Below the pieces are notes generated by a model. It did not search any database. It was not told the DNA's origin and worked only from the letters and a program-made list of their open reading frames with translations. Position numbers and translations under genes: made by a program. From the NCBI GenBank assembly GCA_963815195.1, contig CAWFGE010000008.1, positions 128,001-192,000 on the forward strand: a DNA stretch of 64,000 bases. The letters run 5' to 3'. This DNA comes from an uncultured Planctomycetaceae bacterium (GTDB taxonomy: Bacteria > Planctomycetota > Planctomycetia > Planctomycetales > Planctomycetaceae). Positions 25,058 to 34,801 of the stretch are shown one piece after another (within the stretch, counting starts at the first letter, position 1; each line of letters begins with the position of its first letter).

Positions 25058-25870
25058 ATGAATCAAAGTCTGAAGACGAGAAATGTTGAGGAAGTAGCAT
25101 CTATGAAAATCCCCTGTGACAAGCAACTCTTAAAGTTGTTGCGACGTGTGAGTGCGAGCCACTTGCGGTCTTGCGTGTTGTCGTCATCCGTGGCAAAACT
25201 CAAGCATCCAGACGATGTGCCCGACTCTTGGAAGGCCGCGCTGGAACGGCAGGCGGAGGGGGTGGAGCCAGAATGGCGCTGCATATGGAGAGATTTCCTC
25301 GACCTCGTTCCGTCGATTGCCACCTTCCTCAAAACGATGTGCCTAGGAGTCCGGGTCCTGGAATGTCCCAAAAAAAGCCCGTCTTTGATCTATCTACGAG
25401 CCTTTGAGACGGATGGCCAAGTCGAGTTCAGTTTCATGTTAGGCGGTGCTCCGATGCCGATTACGCAACTCACCCACACAGCCCGAGAGCGATTCGAGTT
25501 GTTACCCGATGAACTGCAGGACTTCTACTTAAACGTGCACGACGGTTTTGGTTCGGCACGATGGATGGATGGGATCTCCCAAGTCGAGTCGCTTCAATTC
25601 CTCAGTGATGAACTCAACGAGGACGAGTGGGCTGGCCCCGGTAAGAAGCCGTTTCGACTACAAGATGTTTTGATGGTTGCATCGACGTCGGATGGCGACG
25701 GAATCGGGTTGAACGTCGCCAAGCGATCGGGACGGCAAGACCCCTTGGCGGTTTATTGGAAACACGACTATCGCCCGCTGTGCCGTGCCGGGCTGAATCT
25801 CTGGGAGGAACTCGACAAGCGTTTCACCTTCGAAGGGTATATCACGCGATCCGGTGACTCTTTTCCCTAA
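25058..25870 (+). CDS. SMI1/KNR4 (SUKH)-like immunity-type protein; start may be ATG 25103
   Basis: LPDELQDFYLNVHDGF and VASTSDGDGIGL...VYWKHD resemble the SUKH core. Codon usage looks less GC-biased than the neighbours. Confidence 0.6.
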   Translation: MNQSLKTRNVEEVASMKIPCDKQLLKLLRRVSASHLRSCVLSSSVAKLKHPDDVPDSWKAALERQAEGVEPEWRCIWRDFLDLVPSIATFLKTMCLGVRVLECPKKSPSLIYLRAFETDGQVEFSFMLGGAPMPITQLTHTARERFELLPDELQDFYLNVHDGFGSARWMDGISQVESLQFLSDELNEDEWAGPGKKPFRLQDVLMVASTSDGDGIGLNVAKRSGRQDPLAVYWKHDYRPLCRAGLNLWEELDKRFTFEGYITRSGDSFP

Positions 25871-25883
25871 ATATCGGCGGCGG

Positions 25884-26042
25884 GGTGGCTGGGGTCAGTT
25901 TGTCGCGAATGGCTTGGAATGGAGAAAACGTTGATTCGACAAACTGCCCCCAGTGGCGGGGGGTTTGCTCGTCTGGGGGCAGCCTGCCGATGCCGGTGCC
26001 TCGGGATTGAATGCGGCTTGCGGCAGCCTGACCCCAGCCACC
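25884..26042. repeat. MITE/REP-like cruciform element
   Basis: Perfect 15-bp terminal inverted repeat GGTGGCTGGGGTCAG (25884-25898) / CTGACCCCAGCCACC (26028-26042), with two internal hairpin arms. Confidence 0.75.
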
Positions 26043-26243
26043 GCGGCCGCAGTCCGGAATCGCGGGAATATACTTGGCCCAGCTTGCACGAACAGGAGAG
26101 GATTGCATTGGTCATTGGGATTTGGTCATGGGTCATTCGGATTTCCCCGGCCCTTGACCCTGTTGGTCGCGGCGTGGGTATAATTGAATGAAACCAACTG
26201 CCGTTTGCCTCGTCTTGATGCCCCAACGATTGGCCTCTTGTTG

Positions 26244-28084
26244 ATGACCGTCCCGCCTGGTTACCACGGCCGCTATTTGCGGATCGATCTTACGACCGAA
26301 ACGCACGCCGCCGTTCCTATTCCCCCGGAGGTGCTGCGGGCGTTCCTCGGCGGCAGCGGGTTGGGGACTTGGATTCTGCACCGGGAATCGGAGGACCATC
26401 AGGATCCGTTTTCGCCCGCGGTCCCCTTGGTGTTCGTGTTCAGCCCGCTGGTGGGCAGCGCATTGACGACCTCCGCGAAGTTCGCGGTGCTGGGGCAGTC
26501 GCCGCTCACGGGGCGGATCAACGATTCGCTGTCCTCGTCGCATTTCGCGATCGCCGGGAAGAAGACCGGCTACGATGCGCTGGTCATCGTCGGCCAATCC
26601 GCGCAGCCGACGTGTTTGGTTGTGGAACCGGAATGTGTCGCGTTTCCCGAAGCGAACGGGCTCTGGGGCCAAACGATCCCGGCCGCACAACAGGAATTGG
26701 CCCGGCGGTTGGGGGCGGATTTTCGCTCGGCGGTGATCGGGCCGGCGGGGGAGAATCGGGTGCGGTTCGCGACGATCTCCCACGAAGGCCGGCACGCCGG
26801 GAGAGGCGGACTCGGCGCGGTGATGGGATCCAAACGGCTCAAAGCGGTCGCGGTGCGGGGCGATCGGCTGCCGAGGTTCGCTCATCCCGCACGGTTGGCG
26901 GAGTACAGCAAGCAGCTTTCGCGGAGATCCTTGGGGCTGGCGACGGCGAAGTACCGGGAACTGGGCACGGTCGCGAACTTGCTCGTCTTCAACCGCCTGG
27001 GCACGCTACCCACGCGGAATTTCCAAAGCGGCACCTTCGCCGAGGCCCAGGCCATCGCCCCCGAAACGCTCAATCAAACTTTGACGAAAACTCGCTCCTC
27101 GTGTGCCGCGTGCACCATCGGCTGCGAGCACATCTATCAAGTGTCCAAAAGAAATGGCGAAACCGCACCGCGGGTGCGGATGGAATACGAAAATCTGTTC
27201 GCGCTGGGGCCCACTCTGCGGGATCGGTGATCCGGAGGTCGTGCTCAGGGCGTCGAGCTCTTTGCGATGAGTTGGGGCTGGACACGATCAGCACGGGAGC
27301 CACGATCGCCTTCGCGATGGAATGTGCCGAGCGCGGTTTGATCGACGCCCCGGAGCTGCGGTTCGGGAATGCGGACGTGCTCTTGCCGATGTTGCACGAC
27401 ATCAGCGCGAAACGCGGCTGGGGGGAATTGCTCTCGCAGGGCAGCCGGATCGCCGCCGAGGAAATCGGCCAGGGATCCGGCGATTTCGCCCCGCACGTCA
27501 AGGGCTTGGAAATCCCCGGCTACGAGCCGCGGGCTTTGCAGACGATGGCCCTCGGTCTGGCGGTCAGCACCCGCGGGGCGGACCACAACCGCTCCGGGGC
27601 TTATGAAGCGGATTTTTCGGAGCGGGTCGATCGGCTCAACCTGGGGCCGGGCGCGGTCTCGGCGGCGATCGCCAGCGAAAACGAAGCCGCGATCATGGAT
27701 TCGTTGATCCTCTGCAAATTCCTCCGCGGCGTGTTCGACGACCGATTGGCGGGCATGGCGGAGATGCTCGAACTCGTCACCGGCTGGCCGACGGACCGGG
27801 ACGATCTGGTTCGCACCGCGGAGCGAATCGTCGCCGCGAAGAAGTGGTACAACATTCGCCAGGGCTGGTCGCCGGACGAAGACACGCTGCCCCGGCGGTT
27901 TCTCTCGGAACACCTGCCGGACGGGGCCAGCCGGGGCGCGGCATTGACGGGCGAAACGCTCCACGCCATGATTGAACTGTACAACAAACAGCGCGGCTGG
28001 ACGGCCGAGGGCTGGTTGCCGGGTGATCTGTTGGAGGAATTGGAACAATGGCTTGCAGTGACGTGCGAGGTCGCCGCGAATTGA
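26244..28084 (+). CDS. Aldehyde:ferredoxin oxidoreductase family protein (tungstopterin AOR/WOR); two frameshifts near 27211 and 27259
   Basis: FLGGSGLG, SPLTG, IGPAGEN, AGRGGLGAVMGSKRLKAV, CAACTIGC, EYE. The intermediate frame reads LCGIGDPEVVLRASS, then LCDELGLDTISTG, VKGLEIPGYEPR, RGADH, DSLILCKF. Confidence 0.88.
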
Positions 28085-28186
28085 GATTTGGCTCAAGTTT
28101 TTTTCCGAAATTTCGTTAGATTTTGATGGGACTCGCGTCTCTATGGATGGCGAGTCGGAGGGAAACTCACCATCCCCACTCCCAGC

Positions 28187-29020
28187 TTGAGATCGTCTTC
28201 CATGAACATGACATCGCAACCTCTTTTCACGAAGCAACTTGCGCGGGCATCTGTCTTTTGGATCGGTTTGGTCCTCGTGGCGGGCTGCCAGTCCCAAACG
28301 CCCGATGAGACGGCCTACAAGTCGGCGAGTCCGCCGAAAAAGTCGGCCGTGAAACCGGCCCCGCCCAAAAAACCGAAACCGGCCGAGACGGTCAAGATCG
28401 AAAAACCCGGCCCCACCAAGCCGGAACCTGAATTGCCCCCGACCCCGCCTTCGACGCAAGAGCTTGCTGTCAAAGAGCTTGAGAAGCGCGGCGGGAAGGC
28501 GGAGTTCAACAGGAACGGGGACGTGGACAAAGTGATTTGGCAGTTTGCCGAGATCACTGACGACGATTTGATCATCCTGCAGAAGTTCGAATTCCTCGAT
28601 ACGTTGGATTTGACCGGAACTCCCATTACCGATGCGGGTTTAAAGCATTTACGGGGCCTCAATTGGCTCCGCTATCTGCATTTGGCGGGAACCGCCGTGA
28701 CGGATGCGGGGATGGAGGAATTGAAGTCCCAAGGCCATCACCGGTTGGAATGGCTGTGTGTGGATGACACCAAAGTCACCGATAAAGGCGTGAAACCTTT
28801 AGAAGCCTTCGAGCGGCTGGTGATGCTGCACCTGGCAACGCAGGGTGGCATCACGGATGCTTGCATCGATTCGCTCGTCAAACTCCCCGAATTGCGGGAA
28901 GTCAAGCTGGAAGGCACGAAAGTCACCGAAGACGGCATCGCCCGGCTCAAGAAAGCCAATCCTCAAATTGAATTGATCGGCGGACCGGACGCCGGCATCC
29001 CGCCCGATGCCGGCAATTAA
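28187..29020 (+). CDS. Lipoprotein with Pro-rich linker and leucine-rich repeats (start probably 28202 or 28208)
   Basis: Lipobox VAGC; repeats LDLTGTPITDAGLKHL, LHLAGTAVTDAGM, LEGTKVTEDGIARL. Confidence 0.85.
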   Translation: MRSSSMNMTSQPLFTKQLARASVFWIGLVLVAGCQSQTPDETAYKSASPPKKSAVKPAPPKKPKPAETVKIEKPGPTKPEPELPPTPPSTQELAVKELEKRGGKAEFNRNGDVDKVIWQFAEITDDDLIILQKFEFLDTLDLTGTPITDAGLKHLRGLNWLRYLHLAGTAVTDAGMEELKSQGHHRLEWLCVDDTKVTDKGVKPLEAFERLVMLHLATQGGITDACIDSLVKLPELREVKLEGTKVTEDGIARLKKANPQIELIGGPDAGIPPDAGN

Positions 29021-29292
29021 AAATCCGCTGATATGTGCTGGCAATCGGCACATAAGTTGCTTAGAATGGTTGTAGGGATCGATGCGTCCATGCTCCCTCG
29101 GAACTTTTGAGAAGGAACAGGCGTCAAACCAATACGAGAAGCCATGTTAAGTTGAACGATCCAGAACCCGCGTTGCCCAAAGAAAAGGCAGGGTGCGGGC
29201 GAATTGAGCTTGACGAATCGGAACATAAGGGTACTTTTATAGTGTTCCCGCGTGTGAACCAGTTTTAACACTTTTGACGGAGGCCATGACGG

Positions 29293-30333
29293 ATGCAAAA
29301 ACGAACCCCCCTGTTGCTGTTAGGGTGTGCGGTGTGGCTCACCATGACCTCCGGCTTGTTGGCGGGAGATGAGAAATTCATCGCCCCATCGTTTGAAAAG
29401 GTCCGCGATCAATCCCTCGCTTTTGCCGGCCAGAAGAATCTCCCGGCCGAGTCGCAGACCGCGATCAAAGAGGTGTGGAGCACGGTCGATGAAACCGCCA
29501 CCTCCCAGGAACTTCTGGATGCCGCGGTTCAGACCTTCTCCCTCGCGGATGCGGATATTCAGGCTTTCGTCGATGCCTGCCAGCTTAGCCTGACGCCTGC
29601 GCTGCTCCCCGAAACCAAGGTCCTCGATTCGCGGGAGAACGAGTTCGTCAACTCCAACCTGCGGCTGTACTTCGCCCGCTATCTCGCCCGGGGGCGGATG
29701 TATGACGAAGCCCTCGAGCAGTTCGGCCAGATCGATCCCCGCACCGTGATCGACCCGGCGACCTGCCTGTTCTATACCGCGGTCGCCCAGCAGCAGCTTC
29801 TCATGAAGACCGAAGGCCTGGCGACCTTGGACAATCTGATGAACAAAACCGAAGACGTGCCCGTGCGGTATTCTTCGGTGGCCAAGCTGATGCAATACGA
29901 ACTGCAAAGCCTCCGCCAGGATTCGCTCGACGAAATCGCCGCCAAGATGAAAGACGTGGAACGCCGGCTGGATTTGGGCCGGGGCGGCCGCAAGGTGCAA
30001 AAGAAAGAAGCCGAGATCATCGCCTCGTTGGACTACCTCATCGAAAAGCTCGAGCAGCAAAACTGCAATTGCAGCGGAAGCTGCCCCTGCAACGGCAACG
30101 GGAACTCCCGCACCAATCAGTCCAACAGCCCGGCGAAAGACAGCTCCATCAAAGGGGCGACCGCTCCCGGCAACTCCGACCACAAACGAGTCGCGAACCG
30201 CGGCGGATGGGGCTCGCTTCCCGACAAAGCCCAAGCCGAGGCCAAGCAGTACGTTGACAAGAACTTCCCGCCGCACTATCGCAAAATCATCGATGAATAC
30301 TACAAACGCCAGGCCGAGCGAAAAAAGAACTGA
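29293..30333 (+). CDS. Secreted helical/TPR-like hypothetical protein, planctomycete type
   Basis: Signal peptide, TPR-like YDEALEQF segment, Cys/Gly/Asn linker, C-terminal WGSLP...FPPHYRKIIDEYYK tail. Confidence 0.75.
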   Translation: MQKRTPLLLLGCAVWLTMTSGLLAGDEKFIAPSFEKVRDQSLAFAGQKNLPAESQTAIKEVWSTVDETATSQELLDAAVQTFSLADADIQAFVDACQLSLTPALLPETKVLDSRENEFVNSNLRLYFARYLARGRMYDEALEQFGQIDPRTVIDPATCLFYTAVAQQQLLMKTEGLATLDNLMNKTEDVPVRYSSVAKLMQYELQSLRQDSLDEIAAKMKDVERRLDLGRGGRKVQKKEAEIIASLDYLIEKLEQQNCNCSGSCPCNGNGNSRTNQSNSPAKDSSIKGATAPGNSDHKRVANRGGWGSLPDKAQAEAKQYVDKNFPPHYRKIIDEYYKRQAERKKN

Positions 30334-30354
30334 TTCGGCTGAAAACACAAACAC

Positions 30355-30390
30355 AAAAAAGCCCGGCTTCCTTGGAAGCCGGGCTTTTTT
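30355..30390. terminator. Bidirectional rho-independent terminator
   Basis: aaaaaagcccggcttcc-tt-ggaagccgggctttttt between convergent genes. Confidence 0.88.
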
Positions 30391-30453
30391 CGGTTTGACA
30401 GACATTGTGCCCGCGCTGGGCGTTACCTCACCGAGTGATGCCCGCCAAAGTTT

Positions 30454-31047
30454 CTAAAAGCCTGCGCCGAAGCCGCCGCCTAGGCCGCCGAAGCCGCCGA
30501 AGCCTCCGAAGCCGCCCAGGCCGTTGCCGAACTGGCTGAAGCCGCGGTTGTAGGCGTGCTCGGCCTCGAAGCCTTCGAAGCCGGCGGCGAGGGCCGGGGC
30601 GACGAACACCCGCTCCTGGGCTTCTTTATAGCCCATGCCCGCGAGAGCGTCCACGATCGCTTGCCGGCGCTCTATGTCGAGGGCGTGATTGCCGTTGACC
30701 GGGTAACGGTATTTGGTGTTGGGATCGACGGCCATGTTCGACGGCTCGACGAGCACGGGGAACGGCACCTGGGGCAGCCGCTCCAGAATCCGCTTGAGGT
30801 GCTCGAGGCCCCGGTCGTTCATCGACGTGGTCTCGCCGTTCCATTCGTGCTGATAGATCACGAAGTCCGAGGCTTCGGCGTTCATTTCCATGTCCTGAAA
30901 CGCCGGGTCCACATAGGTCCCCATCGGTTTTGGATGGAAGTCGCCCATGCCCAGCATGGTCACGGACCGCGAACACCCCAGCGAGGTGCCCGCCAACAAA
31001 GCCGCCGCGGACCAGGCCGCCCACTTGGCATGCACGAAATGTTTCAT
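30454..31047 (-). CDS. Hypothetical lipoprotein with Gly/Phe-rich C-terminus, downstream of the secretin gene
   Basis: Lipobox SLGC; C-terminal [20 protein letters not shown]; same strand as cpaC. Confidence 0.7.
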   Translation of the reverse strand: MKHFVHAKWAAWSAAALLAGTSLGCSRSVTMLGMGDFHPKPMGTYVDPAFQDMEMNAEASDFVIYQHEWNGETTSMNDRGLEHLKRILERLPQVPFPVLVEPSNMAVDPNTKYRYPVNGNHALDIERRQAIVDALAGMGYKEAQERVFVAPALAAGFEGFEAEHAYNRGFSQFGNGLGGFGGFGGFGGLGGGFGAGF

Positions 31048-31112
31048 GGAACAAACCTTTTTTGTGAAAGGGTCAGTGGCCGGGGGTTAGAAGTTAGAAG
31101 TTTAAGGTTTGA

Positions 31113-31188
31113 AAACATTAGCCGCAGGGCGCTAGCCCCGGTTCTTCGCAAACATTAGCCGCAGGGGCTAGCCCCGGTTCTTCGCAAA
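31113..31188. repeat. Tandem REP-like units, ATTAGCCGCAGGGCGCTAGCCCCGG family
   Basis: Two ~37-bp copies. The same core recurs near 57952, 59710 and 60212. Confidence 0.8.
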
Positions 31189-31346
31189 TGCAAATCGGAC
31201 ACCACATATATGCTAGATTGAGTTGTGAGTCTATTTCTGGATCTATAGATAGCTCTAGGTCGATTTCATTATTTCTGTCTATATATATATAGCTCTAGGT
31301 CTATTACTTATTTGAGTGGATCATGGGGCTTACGCCCCACGCTCGC

Positions 31347-33146
31347 CTAGTTACTGAAGCCGTGGTCGCCTTCGACGTAGTAGCAGTCGGTCGAACGCAG
31401 GACTTCCACGCCGCCGGCGCGCTTCAGGCGGCTGCGGTACAGCGGCCAGACCGTGCTGCGGTGATAGAAGTCGGGCCGGCCTTCGATGTCGCCGTAGATA
31501 TAGAAGTCCAAGTCGTTGGGTTCGGTGACTTGCATGCCCGGCAGGATCGGCGGGGCTTGCTCCGGTTCCAAGGGGTGCACCAGTTCCGGGCTGACCAGAA
31601 TGATCAGTTCCGTCTCGTCCTTGGAGATCGTGCGGTTCGCGGTGAGGAAGTTCAAGAACGGAATGTTCCCCACCAAGGGCAGGCGGGCGATGTCGCCGCG
31701 CTGCTGCGACTGGATCAAGCCGGCGATGGCCAGCACCTGGCCTTCCCGCAGATCGACGGTGGTCGCCGCCGTGCGGGTGTCCAGACCGAAGATGCCGTTG
31801 ACCGAGTTGTTGCGGTTGATCGTGCTGAAGGTCGGGGCGACTTGCAGGCGGATGCGGTCCTTGTCGAGCACTGTCGGCGAGAACGAGACCTGCGTGCCGA
31901 AGCCTTTGAAGGTCGTCGTCGCCGCTTGCGCTCCGCCCACGCCGACGACCGTCGGGACCGCGAACTGGCCGCCTGAAAGAAAGTTCGCCGTCCGCCCGCT
32001 GAGGACGACCAGGTTCGGCTCGGCGAGAATCTTCGCGGAGCCGTTGGTCTCCAAAGCCCTGAGGAGGAGGTTGAAGCTGTCTTCATCGAACGTGCCGGTC
32101 AACAGCACGTTGCCGCCCGCTCCGAGGATCGAATTGAAGGCGAAGTCGCCGACGTTGATGTTGAAGTCGGCTCCCAAGGTCCGCACGGCGGAGCGTTTGA
32201 GTTCGGCGATCCGCACCTTGAGCAGCACCTGTTTCTCGCCGGGGACTTCGAGCATGTTGATCATGTTGCTCGCGGGCAGTTCGGAGGCTTCGGGGAAGGC
32301 GTCGGCGACCGCTCCGTCGGCGACCGTCTGTCCGCCGCCGCCGAGGGCCGAGTTCTGGCCGCCGGAGTTCGCCCGCAGGATGGATAGAATCTGCGTGGCT
32401 TCTTCTTCGTCGCGGGCCTGGCCGCGGATGATGACTTTGTTCGCGATCGGGATCAACTGCACCCGGCTGTTGGGGAAAAACTCGTTGATCATGTCCTGCA
32501 GTTCGCTGTATTCCAAGCGGCGCATGGCATCGACGGCGTCGTCCTTGGTGACGGTGACGAGCACGGTGAGCAGCTGCGGGTTGGCTTCCGTGCCGGTCCA
32601 GACCGTGACGGTCGTGCTGCCGGTCTCGCGGCCGATGAGTTCGATCTCGCGGGTGCCGAAGGGCACGATCTCGACGAGCGTGGGGTCGGCGATCGCGGTG
32701 CGGAACACGGGCTGCTTCATCCTCAGGATCTTGGCCCGGCGTTTGGTGACTTCGATTTCGACCTCGGTGGTCAGGACCTCTTCGACGAGGTTGTTGACCT
32801 TAGCCTTTAACGCGGCCGAAGCTGTCGGATGGGGCTGAGCGGTGAACACGGTGTCCGCCGGAAACGCAGGCACCTGCGCGGACCGGGGCGTCTGTCCCGC
32901 ATCGTACGCTGCAGGAAACTGCGGTTGCCCGACGGGCGGCAGTTGCGCGGACCGCGGCATTTGCGTGACAGGCGGCGTCACCCGCGGCGGCGTCTGCTGC
33001 GCCGATGGGGGCGTCTGCCCGGAAGCCACCGATCCCAGACCGGCCATCGCCAATCCCAACACCGATTTCGCAAAAAGATTCCGAATCGCAGGCACGACGA
33101 CGGCTCCCCAAAGAAAAAATCCCACCCCCGCCACCCGAAGCCTCAA
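31347..33146 (-). CDS. cpaC: Flp/Tad pilus secretin, CpaC/RcpA family (start uncertain)
   Basis: AIADPTLVEI..GRETGSTTVTVW N-domain, QVLLKVRIAE, KILAEPNLVVLSGRTANFLSGGQFAVP, TTVDLREGQVLAIAGL, ETELIILVSPELV. Confidence 0.85.
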   Translation of the reverse strand: MRLRVAGVGFFLWGAVVVPAIRNLFAKSVLGLAMAGLGSVASGQTPPSAQQTPPRVTPPVTQMPRSAQLPPVGQPQFPAAYDAGQTPRSAQVPAFPADTVFTAQPHPTASAALKAKVNNLVEEVLTTEVEIEVTKRRAKILRMKQPVFRTAIADPTLVEIVPFGTREIELIGRETGSTTVTVWTGTEANPQLLTVLVTVTKDDAVDAMRRLEYSELQDMINEFFPNSRVQLIPIANKVIIRGQARDEEEATQILSILRANSGGQNSALGGGGQTVADGAVADAFPEASELPASNMINMLEVPGEKQVLLKVRIAELKRSAVRTLGADFNINVGDFAFNSILGAGGNVLLTGTFDEDSFNLLLRALETNGSAKILAEPNLVVLSGRTANFLSGGQFAVPTVVGVGGAQAATTTFKGFGTQVSFSPTVLDKDRIRLQVAPTFSTINRNNSVNGIFGLDTRTAATTVDLREGQVLAIAGLIQSQQRGDIARLPLVGNIPFLNFLTANRTISKDETELIILVSPELVHPLEPEQAPPILPGMQVTEPNDLDFYIYGDIEGRPDFYHRSTVWPLYRSRLKRAGGVEVLRSTDCYYVEGDHGFSN

Positions 33147-33412
33147 CCACCCGAGACCTCCTCCTGGCGAGGGAGACTGTTAGAACTTCTGTTCCTTGTT
33201 TATCGGAAAAAATCCCACAAATCCGCAAAGAATAATTCCAATTCCAACGATTCTGCCGGTCCCCGCATAGCGAATCAGGACGAACCGGCAATTGGGGGGG
33301 AGGTTGATTGGAGTCCACAAGTTCCTTCGGCGCGAAGTCAGGCTTGCTTGCGATCAGGGCAAGATCGGTCGATGATAGAGCGTTAGGCCTTTTATTCCGG
33401 GAGGACGACGTG

Positions 33413-34435
33413 ATGAAAATGCGGGCGGGACTGATGGCCCACTGCTTGGCGTTTGGCGTGATTTCGGCGATTCATGCCGGCCCGCCGGAACTCACGAATT
33501 GGCTCGACTCGCCCCAGAATTGGCGACGGGACACGAAGGGGCCGATCGTCTCGCTCGGGAACGCGGGCGAGTTTGACGATACGCACATCTTCGCCCCGCT
33601 GGTGGCGGAGGAAAACGGCCGCTTCCGCTTGTGGTATTGCGGTTCGACCGCTTCGGTGGCGGAGCGGGTTTTTCAGTTGGGGCTCGCGGAAAGCCGGGAT
33701 GGGAACACATTCCAGAAGGCCCGAAATAATCCCGTTTACGCGTTCGGCGACGGGAAACATTCGATTTTGACGCCCACGCTGTTGCGGAATCCCGACGGGT
33801 CGGTGCTCCGGGAGAAGGGCAAGCTGCGGATGTGGTTCAGCTCGACCTGGTTTGCCGGGGGGAAGGGACTGCACACGCTGCATCAAGCGGTGAGCGACGA
33901 CGGCGTCACATGGTCCCAACCCTCGGCCGCGCAGATGACGGGCGTGTATGCCCCGACGATTTTGAAAGACGGCGGCGAGTACCGGATGTGGTACGTGGAT
34001 GTCTCCAAGAACCCCTGGGTCATCCGGCACGCCAAAAGCCCGGACGGCGAGCATTGGCAAAAGGCCCCGGAACCTTGCCTGGTCGTCGATCAAAAATGGG
34101 AGCAGCAGCGGCTGTTTTATCCGGCGGTGCTGAAAGCCGGGGGCGTGTATCAGATGTGGTATGGCAGCTATTGGTCGGCCCGCCGAAATACAACCGCACT
34201 GGGGTTCGCGGCGAGCTTGGACGGGTTGAAATGGCACAAGCACCCGCAGAATCCCGTGCTGCGGCCCGATCCAAACCGGCCCTGGGAATCGAATTACGTC
34301 ACCAGCCAATCGGTGCTCCGGCTGCCCGACGGCTCGTACCGCATCTGGTACGCCAGCCGGAAAAAGCCGCCGTTCGTGAATAAGTATTTCGCGATCAACA
34401 CGGCGGTCTGGAAACCGGGCCCCATGGAAAAGTGA
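33413..34435 (+). CDS. Secreted five-bladed beta-propeller glycoside-hydrolase-like protein (GH32/43/130 clan-like)
   Basis: Signal peptide; repeated blades PxV..DG.YRMWY...A.S.DG..W.K...PVL. Confidence 0.75.
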   Translation: MKMRAGLMAHCLAFGVISAIHAGPPELTNWLDSPQNWRRDTKGPIVSLGNAGEFDDTHIFAPLVAEENGRFRLWYCGSTASVAERVFQLGLAESRDGNTFQKARNNPVYAFGDGKHSILTPTLLRNPDGSVLREKGKLRMWFSSTWFAGGKGLHTLHQAVSDDGVTWSQPSAAQMTGVYAPTILKDGGEYRMWYVDVSKNPWVIRHAKSPDGEHWQKAPEPCLVVDQKWEQQRLFYPAVLKAGGVYQMWYGSYWSARRNTTALGFAASLDGLKWHKHPQNPVLRPDPNRPWESNYVTSQSVLRLPDGSYRIWYASRKKPPFVNKYFAINTAVWKPGPMEK

Positions 34436-34801
34436 CGCCGGGCGGAATGACCCGGCCTCCCCGTGAGCGGAATCCCTTTGCATCCGGGGCGAATCCCGTT
34501 AGGATACATATTGAGGATTTTTGCGGTCCGGCGGGTTTTGCCCGCCGATCGGAATTTCTCATCTTTCACATCTCAGGCAAAATCAGTAGATAACCGGCAT
34601 GGAGCCGGGTTTTGGTTTCTGACAGATCGATGACCACCCGTTCTTGGGGTGTTTTCAGCGGGAGTCGATGTCCCCCGTTTGGTGGGGGTTTGAGTTTTTT
34701 CACCGTTTGATTCTGATTGCATTTCGACGCGGAAAGTCGCGGAGGCGGTCTCCGTACCGCCGGATTTTTCGCGCTGATTGAAACCGAAAAGGAGATTTTG
34801 C

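Noticed and set aside
27228..27230. TGA in the AOR gene as selenocysteine
   Set aside because: The AOR-like sequence continues in different frames on both sides, so indels explain it better than readthrough.
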